Source of the DNA: Clostridiales bacterium
GTDB taxonomy: Bacteria > Bacillota > Clostridia > Oscillospirales > Oscillospiraceae
Reading direction: 5' to 3'
Length of the DNA stretch: 32,000 bases
Assembly (NCBI GenBank): GCA_021203185.1
Contig: JAJQBR010000160.1
Location: forward strand, 1,790-33,789
Shown here: positions 1 to 7,309 of the stretch, one piece after another
Layout of the letters: every line of letters starts with the position of its first letter
Position numbering within the stretch: the first letter of the stretch is position 1
Notes under the pieces: model-generated
The model's database searches: none
What the model was told of the DNA's origin: nothing
The model's input: the letters and a program-made list of their open reading frames with translations, nothing else
Made by a program: the position numbers and the translations under genes

Positions 1-412
1 CCACCTCGTCGAACAGCACCCCGGCCAGGGTGATGCCCTGAATGAGAGCGTAGCTGCTCTCGTCTTTGCCGCCGAAGATATAAAAGCGGTTTTCCCGGCC
101 CAGCCCGCGAACCATCAGGACGTGGTCGGCTCGACGATAGGTCAGGGAGAAATACGCCTGCAAGTCCGCTTGTTCCTGCGCCGGGCGGATGATGTTCCGC
201 TCCGCGCTGGCCACGGTTTTTCCACAGATGCCGAAGTTCTGGCCGTTGAAGTTACGCATGGCCCACAGAATGAAGGCCGTCAGCATACAGACGGTTTTGC
301 CGCTTCTGACGGCTCCATCACAGATGAGGGCCTTGTATTTGTCCCGCGTGGAGGGCGTAAATGCCCATTTCAGCACGGTTTTTTGTTTGGGGGAGAGTTC
401 GGAGAGGGTCAT
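1..412 (-). CDS. terL: Terminase large subunit, N-terminal ATPase part (gene truncated by window edge)
   Basis: Absent from the ORF track because it is truncated. Own translation from ATG 412..410: MTLSELSPKQKTVLKWAFTPSTRDKYKALICDGAVRSGKTVCML...ITLAGVLFDEV, with Walker A (GAVRSGKT) and Walker B-like (VLFDE) motifs. ATGA overlap with the terS stop. Confidence 0.8.
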   Translation of the reverse strand, partial: MTLSELSPKQKTVLKWAFTPSTRDKYKALICDGAVRSGKTVCMLTAFILWAMRNFNGQNFGICGKTVASAERNIIRPAQEQADLQAYFSLTYRRADHVLMVRGLGRENRFYIFGGKDESSYALIQGITLAGVLFDEV

Positions 413-795
413 TCAGAATTTTCCTTTTCCAGCGCATCAAAGAGCTTGGAGGCGGCTTTTTCCTGGTCAGGGCTGCTGGCGAGTTCCGGCTTGTCCCGCC
501 ACTTGTCCGGGCGGCGGTTTTTCAGCCAAAAGATTTGGGCGGTGGTGTTGCCCTCCAGGGCCGCGCCCAACAAGGCGTTTTCCACCTGGTAGTCTACGAC
601 CTCTTTGCCCTTTTTTAGGGCCTGCGAAATCTGCGGATACCGCTCTTTCCATTCGTACAGTGTACGGACGTTGCACCCACAGTTCTTTGCAATTTGTTCA
701 TCGGTCAGGCCGTCCCTGGCCCAACCCTCCAGCAGCAGGAGGCCGTCCGGCTCCAGCCACTTTTGATATTTACCCTTCGCCACAACGGGCCTCAC
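409..795 (-). CDS. terS: Terminase small subunit (HTH type)
   Basis: 128-aa ORF directly upstream of and overlapping terL. N-terminal HTH GLTDEQIAKNCGCNVRTLYEWKERYP. The start may be GTG 795 or GTG 783. Confidence 0.7.
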   Translation of the reverse strand: MRPVVAKGKYQKWLEPDGLLLLEGWARDGLTDEQIAKNCGCNVRTLYEWKERYPQISQALKKGKEVVDYQVENALLGAALEGNTTAQIFWLKNRRPDKWRDKPELASSPDQEKAASKLFDALEKENSE

Positions 796-1051
796 CGCCT
801 TTCAGGGTATGACAAAGCCGCCCCGATTGGAGCGGCCCGTCAGAAGGAGAAAACGTCCGGTGGGCGGCTCGTGCGCCGCCAGGAGGCAGGGATGTTGAGG
901 AATCCTCCATCACCGGCCCATAGGACAACCAGAATTGCACTGGGAACGCGCCTGTGGTGCGCTGCCCCTTTTACGCCTGGGGCATTGAAGGAGGTGACAT
1001 CAATGAAGAAAGCAAACAATCCTTGTTTTCATCTTTCATCTTACCACGCTA

Positions 1052-1492
1052 TCAGTTTACATCAGAATTTTGGCTCTTGGGGGCCAACTTTTCTGTCAGC
1101 CCCATATTTTCGGCTACCAGGACGAGAAACCCGTTGACCTTCCGGCGGGCTGTCCGGTAACTGACATGGACCGTCTGAGCGGCCCCCTCCAGGGTGTGGG
1201 TACGCTGCCAGAACACCAGCCGCACCAACTGCACGGTGATTTCTCCGTCGGGTCGAGCCTGCACCACGCGTAGCGCCGCCTCTACTGCCTCCAGCTCTCG
1301 CTGCTCCTGCTTGTCTGGCAGCACCCGCAGGGCCAGGGCCTCCGCCGGACGGCCTGTCCCGCTGCCGTGTCCGCCGCCCTCCCCGTGGGACTGCAACGGC
1401 GCTTGCAGCGCGTCCAGCTCTGCGCGCATCCGGGGGTATTCGTACAAAATCCGGCGGATGTAACTCCACCATTTGTTGCGTGGTTTGCTCAC
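1052..1492 (-). CDS. Phage late-gene transcriptional regulator (RinA/sigma-70 region-4-like HTH)
   Basis: 146 aa with GTG start after GGGGTAAGGAGGACAA. C-terminal LVFWQRTHTLEGAAQTVHVSYRTARRKVNGF resembles a sigma region-4 HTH. Its position just upstream of terS is typical of late activators. Confidence 0.55.
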   Translation of the reverse strand: MSKPRNKWWSYIRRILYEYPRMRAELDALQAPLQSHGEGGGHGSGTGRPAEALALRVLPDKQEQRELEAVEAALRVVQARPDGEITVQLVRLVFWQRTHTLEGAAQTVHVSYRTARRKVNGFLVLVAENMGLTEKLAPKSQNSDVN

Positions 1493-1596
1493 TTGTCCTC
1501 CTTACCCCAGCTTGCCGCCACACACAGGGCAGTCACAAACAGCCCCAAACCACCGCCCAACAGCAGCCCGATCACAAATCCCAATACAAACATCAT
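1489..1596 (-). CDS. 35-aa single-TM peptide (MMFVLGFVIGLLLGGGLGLFVTALCVAASWGKEDK)
   Basis: Own translation. ATGA overlap with the upstream stop and GTGA overlap with the downstream start. Hydrophobic core. Confidence 0.4.
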   Translation of the reverse strand: MMFVLGFVIGLLLGGGLGLFVTALCVAASWGKEDK

Positions 1597-1754
1597 GCGT
1601 TCCCCTTCACCTTCTTTGGCCGGTACACCCGCCCGTTGAGATACGCTTTATACCCCGCCTTCGCCATCTCCGCGATGGTCTTAGCGTCATAGATGCAGTT
1701 TTCATCCTCGGTCTGCATCATGGTTTTGCCGTTTAGCTTGATTTCAAATTTCAT
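1593..1754 (-). CDS. Small phage protein, 53 aa (MKFEIKLNGKTMMQTEDENCIYDAK...)
   Basis: Internal start of track ORF 1593..1991, preceded by GGGAGTGGGAGGTGGAAC. The upstream part of the track ORF has poor third-position GC. Confidence 0.5.
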   Translation of the reverse strand: MKFEIKLNGKTMMQTEDENCIYDAKTIAEMAKAGYKAYLNGRVYRPKKVKGNA

Positions 1755-1884
1755 GTTCCACCTCCCACTCCCAGCAGTCGCAGCAGTCGTTGTTGTCTGC
1801 GTCCTCCATGAAGTTTTCGCTTTCGGTGCAGTTGCAGTCTCCGAAAATGGGATCTCTCCATCCGCAGTTACAGCAGCTTTCCAT
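1744..1884 (-). CDS. Cys-rich acidic microprotein, 46 aa (MESCCNCGWRDPIFGDCNCTESENFMEDADNNDCCDCWEWEVEHEI)
   Basis: Own translation; below the track size cut-off. RBS GGAGGAG lies 8 nt upstream. Third-position GC is much higher than in the alternative frame. It overlaps the next start. Confidence 0.5.
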   Translation of the reverse strand: MESCCNCGWRDPIFGDCNCTESENFMEDADNNDCCDCWEWEVEHEI

Positions 1885-1999
1885 GCGGTCATCTCCTCCC
1901 CTTCCCCACCTTCACCCGATGGGGATGTCTCATTTTGCCCCTGTGGGGCTGTGTGTGGGCCTGTAAGCGCCTCATTCCGTCCCATGTCCACCGAGATAG

Positions 2000-2113
2000 G
2001 AGACGATTATGAGACGGCATGAGACGCAAATGAGACGGCCCTGAGACGACTTTGAGACGGCATGAGACGCAAATGAGACGGCCCTGAGGCGATTTTGAGA
2101 CGGCTACGAGACG
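2000..2113. repeat. Array of 11 phased (T)GAGACG heptamers, including a 43-bp tandem duplication (2011-2053 / 2054-2096)
   Basis: GAGACG starts at 2000, 2011, 2021, 2032, 2043, 2054, 2064, 2075, 2086 (GAGGCG), 2097 and 2108, a spacing of 10-11 bp. The stretch is non-coding. Confidence 0.9.
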
Positions 2114-2994
2114 GTTTCCGCCTTGACAATTCGGCCCACCTGAGCCTTACTCAGCCCAAACTTATCCGCCGCCTTTTGGTAGCTGTTCCCGGCCTGCACA
2201 TAAGCCCTGATTGATTCGTCTCTGTTCTCCGGCTCATTTGCTGGTTTCCAGTCCTCCAGCTCTTGCCTGTATTGTTGGGCCTCAGCCTGGGCAGCGCTCA
2301 GGGCCTCTTGCGTTTCCTGCAACCGGCGCTTGGTGTAGTCCAGCTCTGCCGCCGTATCCTCCCGCAGAATCGCCTTGTCTTTCCACCCGTTGGCCGCTAT
2401 CTCTGCCTCGCTCAGCTTCTTTTTCAGCCGATCCGTCTCTGCCTGTCTCCCCTCCATGCCGGAGAGATAGGCCAGCAAATACACAGCCTTGTAAGCCCTT
2501 GTAAGTTCATCCTCGTTACACTCCATACCGAGGGCTTGATGTAAGAGGGCGCGGGTTTGGCGGCATCCGTCCTGTTCCCACGCCGTTCCCGGTTCCCACT
2601 CCCCGCCGTGGGTCAAGTGGGCCAGCACTGTGTCAACCTCCGGGCTTTGTTGCACCTCCCAGGCCAGCAGCCACGCTTTACGCCTCCACAGGGCCACAGC
2701 CACGCACCCGGCGGCCAGCAGAATCAGCAGCACCGCCACAATCGGGGCCTCCATAACGGCCATAGCAGCGGCCATAGCCACAAGCAGGATAGAAAGTATC
2801 ATCATAGAGCGGGACAGCGGGGGCAGGCAGCGATTCAGGCAGCCCCACGGGTTGAACCAGATCACGCAGGCCAGCTCCCCCACAAGGCAAATAGCCACGG
2901 CAACGGGGTGAATCCGCTCCGGCTGACACCCGGCAACTACCAGGGCCAGCAGAGGGACGCCACAGGCCAGCACAGAGGAACGGGCGTGGAGCAT
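2104..2994 (-). CDS. Membrane-anchored coiled-coil protein with C-terminal HTH
   Basis: 296 aa. The N-terminal third is hydrophobic with several TM-like segments. The middle is coiled coil (LKKKLSEAEIAANGW...QEALSAAQAEAQQYRQELE). The C-terminus IRAYVQAGNSYQKAADKFGLSKAQVGRIV is HTH-like. The start is uncertain. Confidence 0.6.
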   Translation of the reverse strand: MLHARSSVLACGVPLLALVVAGCQPERIHPVAVAICLVGELACVIWFNPWGCLNRCLPPLSRSMMILSILLVAMAAAMAVMEAPIVAVLLILLAAGCVAVALWRRKAWLLAWEVQQSPEVDTVLAHLTHGGEWEPGTAWEQDGCRQTRALLHQALGMECNEDELTRAYKAVYLLAYLSGMEGRQAETDRLKKKLSEAEIAANGWKDKAILREDTAAELDYTKRRLQETQEALSAAQAEAQQYRQELEDWKPANEPENRDESIRAYVQAGNSYQKAADKFGLSKAQVGRIVKAETVS

Positions 2995-3065
2995 CCCGGC
3001 CAGAGGCCAGATACTCCACCCGCCGGTCGAAGTCCTCTTGCGTGATGATAGGCCCCTTCATGGCC

Positions 3066-3248
3066 TCACCACGTCCCGAAGGCCAGGCCCAACACACCAC
3101 AGGCCAGGGCCAGCACTCCCACACCAATCATGGCGGGGCCGGTGTGGAGGGCCAGGGCAGCAGCTCCCACGGCCAGAGATACCAGGGACAGCACCCGGTC
3201 AACGGGCAAAGAGCTGTCAAAGGGTCCGCGTTCCTTGTTGTTCCTCAT
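3066..3248 (-). CDS. Small membrane protein, 60 aa
   Basis: RBS GAAGGAGGTAAAGCG precedes the ATG. Two hydrophobic segments. Confidence 0.55.
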   Translation of the reverse strand: MRNNKERGPFDSSLPVDRVLSLVSLAVGAAALALHTGPAMIGVGVLALACGVLGLAFGTW

Positions 3249-3263
3249 CGCTTTACCTCCTTC

Positions 3264-3506
3264 TTACAACATGGTCAGGACGCCGCCCCACATGGCAAGC
3301 ATACCCACAAAGGCGATAACTGTTTGCACCGCCCCGGCGTATTTGTAGGGCAACAGTGCGCCAGCGGCAAAAATCAGAAACGACAGCACCGCCAGCACTT
3401 GCGCAACTGACAGCATCGGTTCTGACAGGCTCCACAGCCAATCAATGCGCCAGACCATGAAGCCAAACCAGGCGGCCAGGGCAACGCCCCAAAATATACG
3501 GTTCAT
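3264..3506 (-). CDS. Small membrane protein, 80 aa (MNRIFWGVALAAWFGFMVW...)
   Basis: Internal start of track ORF 3264..3605, preceded by GGATGGAGGAAACACC. ATGA overlap with the upstream stop. Confidence 0.55.
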   Translation of the reverse strand: MNRIFWGVALAAWFGFMVWRIDWLWSLSEPMLSVAQVLAVLSFLIFAAGALLPYKYAGAVQTVIAFVGMLAMWGGVLTML

Positions 3507-4354
3507 GGTGTTTCCTCCATCCATTCCGTGTCCGCCAGCAGCTTTTCCAACTGCCGCCGGTTTTCTTCCAGTTCTGCCTCTGTCGCCCGGCGCGGAGTTG
3601 CGCACGGCTCCGGCCCGGTGGCTTTTTTGCGGCGGGACGGCACCCGCCTTTGGCTGGCCGCATCAGTCAGCCCGTCTCGCTCCCAGCGCCGCATAATGGC
3701 CTCCAGGTAGCCGAATTTCCGCGCATCGTTGGCTCCGGCCTCGCGGATCAGCCGCTCCACAGTCTCGCTGCCGTAACTTCGATACCAGCCCAGCAGGGTT
3801 TCCCTCGCCCTCGCATTTGGCTCAATGGCGGTTTCCGCCCGCAGCAGAGCGGAAAAATCATCCAAAGCCCTTTCTTCGGCAGCAGCAGCCGCAGCCAGAG
3901 CGCCGGAATCGGCATCACGGTCAGGCTCAGGCTCAGGGCCATGCTCAGGCTCAGGCTCAGTATCAGGTTCAGTATCATTATCAGGCTCAGGCTCATTATC
4001 ATTATCGGGTTTTTTCGCTTTTGTTCGGTTTTCAAAAAAACCATTCGGTTTCTCCGGGTTTTCTGAAAAACCGTTCGGTTTCTTATGTTTGGGCGGTCTG
4101 CCGCCCTTTTTCCCGTTCTCCTGATTCTGACGGCATTTCTCTTTGTACTTTTCCCGATCCCGGTCAAATGTACGGCGGATAAATCGAAACACGGCTCTCA
4201 CGGAGGGATCGTCACCGGCATAGACTTCCCCACGCTTCTGATAGGCGAACATGGCGCGCAGCAGCGCCCCCGCCTGCTCGTCAGTGAAGTCCTCGATGTC
4301 CTCTTCCCAGTCGTAGTAAACAATGAAGCTCTGCTTTACGCCATCCTTCCCCAT
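3503..4354 (-). CDS. Phage replication initiation/replisome organizer protein (DUF6291-like N-domain, acidic EP/DN linker, DnaD-like C-domain)
   Basis: The start MGKDGVKQSFIVYYDWEEDIEDFTDEQAGALLRAMFAYQ matches the recalled DUF6291 pattern. The C-terminal ETLLGWYRSYGSETVERLIREAGANDARKFGYLEAIMRRWERDGL is DnaD-domain-like. Confidence 0.7.
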   Translation of the reverse strand: MGKDGVKQSFIVYYDWEEDIEDFTDEQAGALLRAMFAYQKRGEVYAGDDPSVRAVFRFIRRTFDRDREKYKEKCRQNQENGKKGGRPPKHKKPNGFSENPEKPNGFFENRTKAKKPDNDNEPEPDNDTEPDTEPEPEHGPEPEPDRDADSGALAAAAAAEERALDDFSALLRAETAIEPNARARETLLGWYRSYGSETVERLIREAGANDARKFGYLEAIMRRWERDGLTDAASQRRVPSRRKKATGPEPCATPRRATEAELEENRRQLEKLLADTEWMEETP

Positions 4355-4358
4355 CCGC

Positions 4359-5393
4359 TCACCCGCCCTTCTGACAGACCGTAACCCGCACCTGTGGCGG
4401 CACACAGCGGCGGACGGCCTCGATGAACCAGGCCTCGTCGGAACAGGCGTCCGACAAATGCAGCAGGAAGATTTCCCGGCAGTCCTCCAGCGGCATGGAG
4501 GACAGATAGCCGCACAGCGTTCCAATTTCCATGTGGCTGTTGCGGATTCGGCGCACCACCTGCTCCGGCATCCGGGTTTGGCGGGACAGAATCACGTCCC
4601 AGTAGTTGGCTTCGATGGCCAGCAGGTTCAGGCCGGGGAAGCGGTAACGCAGGTTGGCGGTGTCGGTGGCGAAGGCCAGCCTGTCCCCGTCGGCTCCCAG
4701 CAGCAGGAAGCCAACCGGTTCTCTGGCGTCGTGGAAGGTTCGGAAGGGCAGCACCTTCCAGCTTCCAATGTCCACCGGCGCGCCCACGTCCTGCCCCACC
4801 TCCGGGGCCAGAGGGACGGCACCCTCAGCGCCCAGGGCCTGCATGGTCCCGTGGGACATATACACCGGCACACCCGCCTCCAGCAGCTTGTCCCAGCAGC
4901 GGGAGTGGTCCTTGTGTTCGTGGCTGACCAGGCACCCGGCCAGCCGGGAGACGGAATAACCCGCCCCCCGGACCAGCTGGCTCAACCGCCGGAAGCTGAC
5001 CCCGCACTCGATCAGCAGTACGCTTTCCCCATCGTCCACCAGATAGGCGTTGCCATGGCTGGAGCTGCCCAGCAAAGTATCCGTGTCGAAGGCGGCAAAG
5101 GCGTCGTCGGTGAACGCCGTCCCCGTCCAGCTGCCCAAAAACTTGCGCAGGTTGCCCTTTTTGCTGGCGCTGACCGCAAAGGTGCGGCTCAACTGCCGGG
5201 GCTTCATCTCCCCATCGACTTCAATGGTTTTGGCGGGAATCTCAAAGGTAAACATGATTTGGTTGGCGTAACGGGTTTTGTTCTTAAATTCCGTCTGCTG
5301 CTCCCCCAGCTCGTAGATACCAACGCACACCGCCAGGTAAGTACCAGGCTCCACCGGAGGCGTTTTCGGCTTTACTCTCGTCCCGATTATCAT
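4359..5393 (-). CDS. Fusion protein: DUF669-like (phage SSB-partner-like) N-domain plus MBL-fold metallo-hydrolase C-domain
   Basis: The N-terminal roughly 105 aa (VEPGTYLAVCVGIYELGEQQTEFKNKTRYANQIMFTFEI...) resemble DUF669. From LGSSSHGNAYLVDDGESVLLIECG, with the HxHxDH motif SHEHKDHS, it is MBL fold. Confidence 0.7.
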   Translation of the reverse strand: MIIGTRVKPKTPPVEPGTYLAVCVGIYELGEQQTEFKNKTRYANQIMFTFEIPAKTIEVDGEMKPRQLSRTFAVSASKKGNLRKFLGSWTGTAFTDDAFAAFDTDTLLGSSSHGNAYLVDDGESVLLIECGVSFRRLSQLVRGAGYSVSRLAGCLVSHEHKDHSRCWDKLLEAGVPVYMSHGTMQALGAEGAVPLAPEVGQDVGAPVDIGSWKVLPFRTFHDAREPVGFLLLGADGDRLAFATDTANLRYRFPGLNLLAIEANYWDVILSRQTRMPEQVVRRIRNSHMEIGTLCGYLSSMPLEDCREIFLLHLSDACSDEAWFIEAVRRCVPPQVRVTVCQKGG

Positions 5394-7309
5394 TCCAATA
5401 CCTCCCTCAGTGTCTTATCGCCCTTGCTGGCCACCAGCCGAATGACCTGGGTGTCCACCTCCAACAGGTGGGTCACGCTCTCCGCGTTGTCCACGAACAG
5501 CGGCACCCGGACGCCGTTGGCCCGGCTGAGCACATCAATGACATCCAGCCCGGCGTTGACCTTTTCGCCGCTGTTCAGGTCGCTGTAGGGGACGCCGCCC
5601 ACCGTGGCCCGGCAGCAGTCCACCAGTGCCCCGTTGATTTGGGTATCGAACAGCTTCCACCGCACCCGGCGAAACAGGCTGTTCACCCGCTGGTCGATAT
5701 ATGCGGCCTTCGCCGTGGTGAACTGGTCGCACAGGGCCAGCAGCGCGTCTACGTCCTCCAGCTCTGCCGCCGCTTTTCGGGCGGCCTCGGTCAGCTCCTG
5801 CTGGCGGCTCTGGGCGTTTTGCAGCACCTGTTCCCCGGCCAGCACCCCGTCCATGTCCCGGAGGGTCTGGGACGCCTGAAGAAACCGGTCTCTCGCGGCA
5901 GAGATGGCCCCGGCGCTGTCCTGCCTCACCTGTCGGATCTGCTCTTGCAGCTCTGCCACCTGTTGGGTCAGCTTGTCCTTCTGGGCGGCATAGCCGGGGA
6001 GGTTCGTCACCTCCTGCCCCTCCAGGGCGGTCAGCTGGGCCATCAGGTCGGTTTTCTGTCCGGCGGCCTGCCGCAGTTCTTCCCGCAGGCTGTCCAACCG
6101 TCGGTTGGTTTCCTCCAGGCGCTGTTTGTGTTCGTTGGCTTGACTGATCGCCAGGGCTTTCCGCTGGGCCTGCTCCGTCTGGAACTTCTGGCGGGCTTCC
6201 TCCACCCGCTCCCTCGGAAAAGCCTGCCCACAGGTGGGACAGCGGCCCGGCGTGAACTGTTCTGCCGCCGCCGCTTTCCAGGCGCTCCGGCACTGTTCCA
6301 CCTGTTCCTGCATCCGCGTGATGTCGGATTCCAGATAGCTCTGCTCCTGCGTCAAACGGGCGGTGTTTCGCTCCAGCCGGTCAAGCTCACGCTTGGCTCG
6401 GTCTACTGCGTCGGGGTCTTGTTGCCCGGCCCGGTGCGCATCGTTCTCGGCCTCCAGCTTGTCCAACTGGGCCTGTACTGCGGTCAGCTGGCTTTCCTGC
6501 AATTTGGCGCTGTCGCTGGAGCGCAGGTTGTCCAGTTCCCGCTGGCGGCGGTCCCGCTCCCCGGCCAGTTCCTCCCGCTGCTGCCGGAGGCTGGCAAAGT
6601 CCAGGTCACAGTATTCCGTCACCGTCCGTTTGCACTCGTCCAGCCGGGCGGGAATGGTGTTGCGTTTGGTGTTCAGGGACCGGCGCTGGGCCTGTAATGC
6701 CTTCCGGGTGTCCTCCACGGTGCGGCCCGCCATAGACGCCGCCAGCGGCGCAAACTGGGGATCGCTGTTCAGGATGTCCCCCTCGTCGGCCCCGCCGATC
6801 AGATCGAATAGAGCCGCCCGTCGGCTGTTCTCGTCCATCCCGGCGCAGAACCAGGTCACGTCCGTCAGCGCCCGGAAGGTGGATTCCTCCACCAGCTCGC
6901 CGATGCGCCGGTCATACTCGTTCTTTTTCAGCGGCACCCCGTCCACGAAAAACTCGCTGGAGTTGCCGTCGAAGGACTTCCCCGCCCGGCCCCGCTTCTG
7001 GGTCCAGAGTTCAAAGTAGGTGCGCCGCAGGGTCAGCGGCTGCCCGTCCACCAGCAGAATGGCCTCCACAGAGGTCTCCGCCCCGTGATCCAGCACCTCC
7101 CCGGCCCCGTCCAGGGGCTTGATGTGGAACTTGGTCTGTCCCTTGCTGTCCTTGCCGAACAGCAGCCAGGTCAGCGCGTCGTAGATGGTGGTTTTTCCGG
7201 CGGCGTTCTCGCCGTAGATGCTGCAATTCCGCCCTCCCAGCTCCAGCCGGAGGGAGGGGCAGCCCTTGAAGTTCCGCAGCTCCAGGGTGTCGATGGTGAT
7301 GGTTTTCAT
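5390..7309 (-). CDS. Rad50/SbcC-like SMC-type ATPase with CxxC zinc hook
   Basis: The start MKTITIDTLELRNFKG follows RBS GGAGAAGGAGG. Walker A is GENAAGKTT. A long coiled coil has central CPTC (nt 6230-6241). The C-terminal region is signature/Walker B-like (LFVDNAES). Confidence 0.8.
   Translation of the reverse strand: MKTITIDTLELRNFKGCPSLRLELGGRNCSIYGENAAGKTTIYDALTWLLFGKDSKGQTKFHIKPLDGAGEVLDHGAETSVEAILLVDGQPLTLRRTYFELWTQKRGRAGKSFDGNSSEFFVDGVPLKKNEYDRRIGELVEESTFRALTDVTWFCAGMDENSRRAALFDLIGGADEGDILNSDPQFAPLAASMAGRTVEDTRKALQAQRRSLNTKRNTIPARLDECKRTVTEYCDLDFASLRQQREELAGERDRRQRELDNLRSSDSAKLQESQLTAVQAQLDKLEAENDAHRAGQQDPDAVDRAKRELDRLERNTARLTQEQSYLESDITRMQEQVEQCRSAWKAAAAEQFTPGRCPTCGQAFPRERVEEARQKFQTEQAQRKALAISQANEHKQRLEETNRRLDSLREELRQAAGQKTDLMAQLTALEGQEVTNLPGYAAQKDKLTQQVAELQEQIRQVRQDSAGAISAARDRFLQASQTLRDMDGVLAGEQVLQNAQSRQQELTEAARKAAAELEDVDALLALCDQFTTAKAAYIDQRVNSLFRRVRWKLFDTQINGALVDCCRATVGGVPYSDLNSGEKVNAGLDVIDVLSRANGVRVPLFVDNAESVTHLLEVDTQVIRLVASKGDKTLREVLE

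Noticed and set aside
122-812. Plus-strand ORFs (156, 207 and 85 aa) over the terminase genes.
   Set aside because: They are antisense to clear terS/terL coding sequence and their products are low-complexity.
1003-1137. Plus-strand 44-aa ORF (MKKANNPCFHLSSYHAISL...) with a near-perfect SD (GAAGGAGGTGACATCA).
   Set aside because: It runs antisense into the 3' end of the late-regulator gene, has a poor codon pattern and an implausible sequence, and the SD may be fortuitous. Kept only as a remote possibility.
1593-1991. The full 132-aa track ORF taken as one gene. The same applies to N-terminal extensions of track ORFs 3264-3605, 3503-4525, 5390-7372, 8231-8554, 8464-8694, 8630-9121, 13319-14542, 15003-15881, 15776-16333, 28129-29127 and 29168-29833.
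   Set aside because: Internal starts have strong SD sequences, start/stop coupling with neighbours and family-typical N-termini. The extensions are low-complexity and overlap upstream genes.
2000-2113. The heptamer array as a CRISPR array or as a meaningful cluster of type IIS restriction sites (CGTCTC).
   Set aside because: The units are 7 bp with 3-4 bp spacers, far too short for CRISPR, and there are no cas genes. The match to a restriction site is probably coincidental, since the hexamer is not otherwise unusual in the window.
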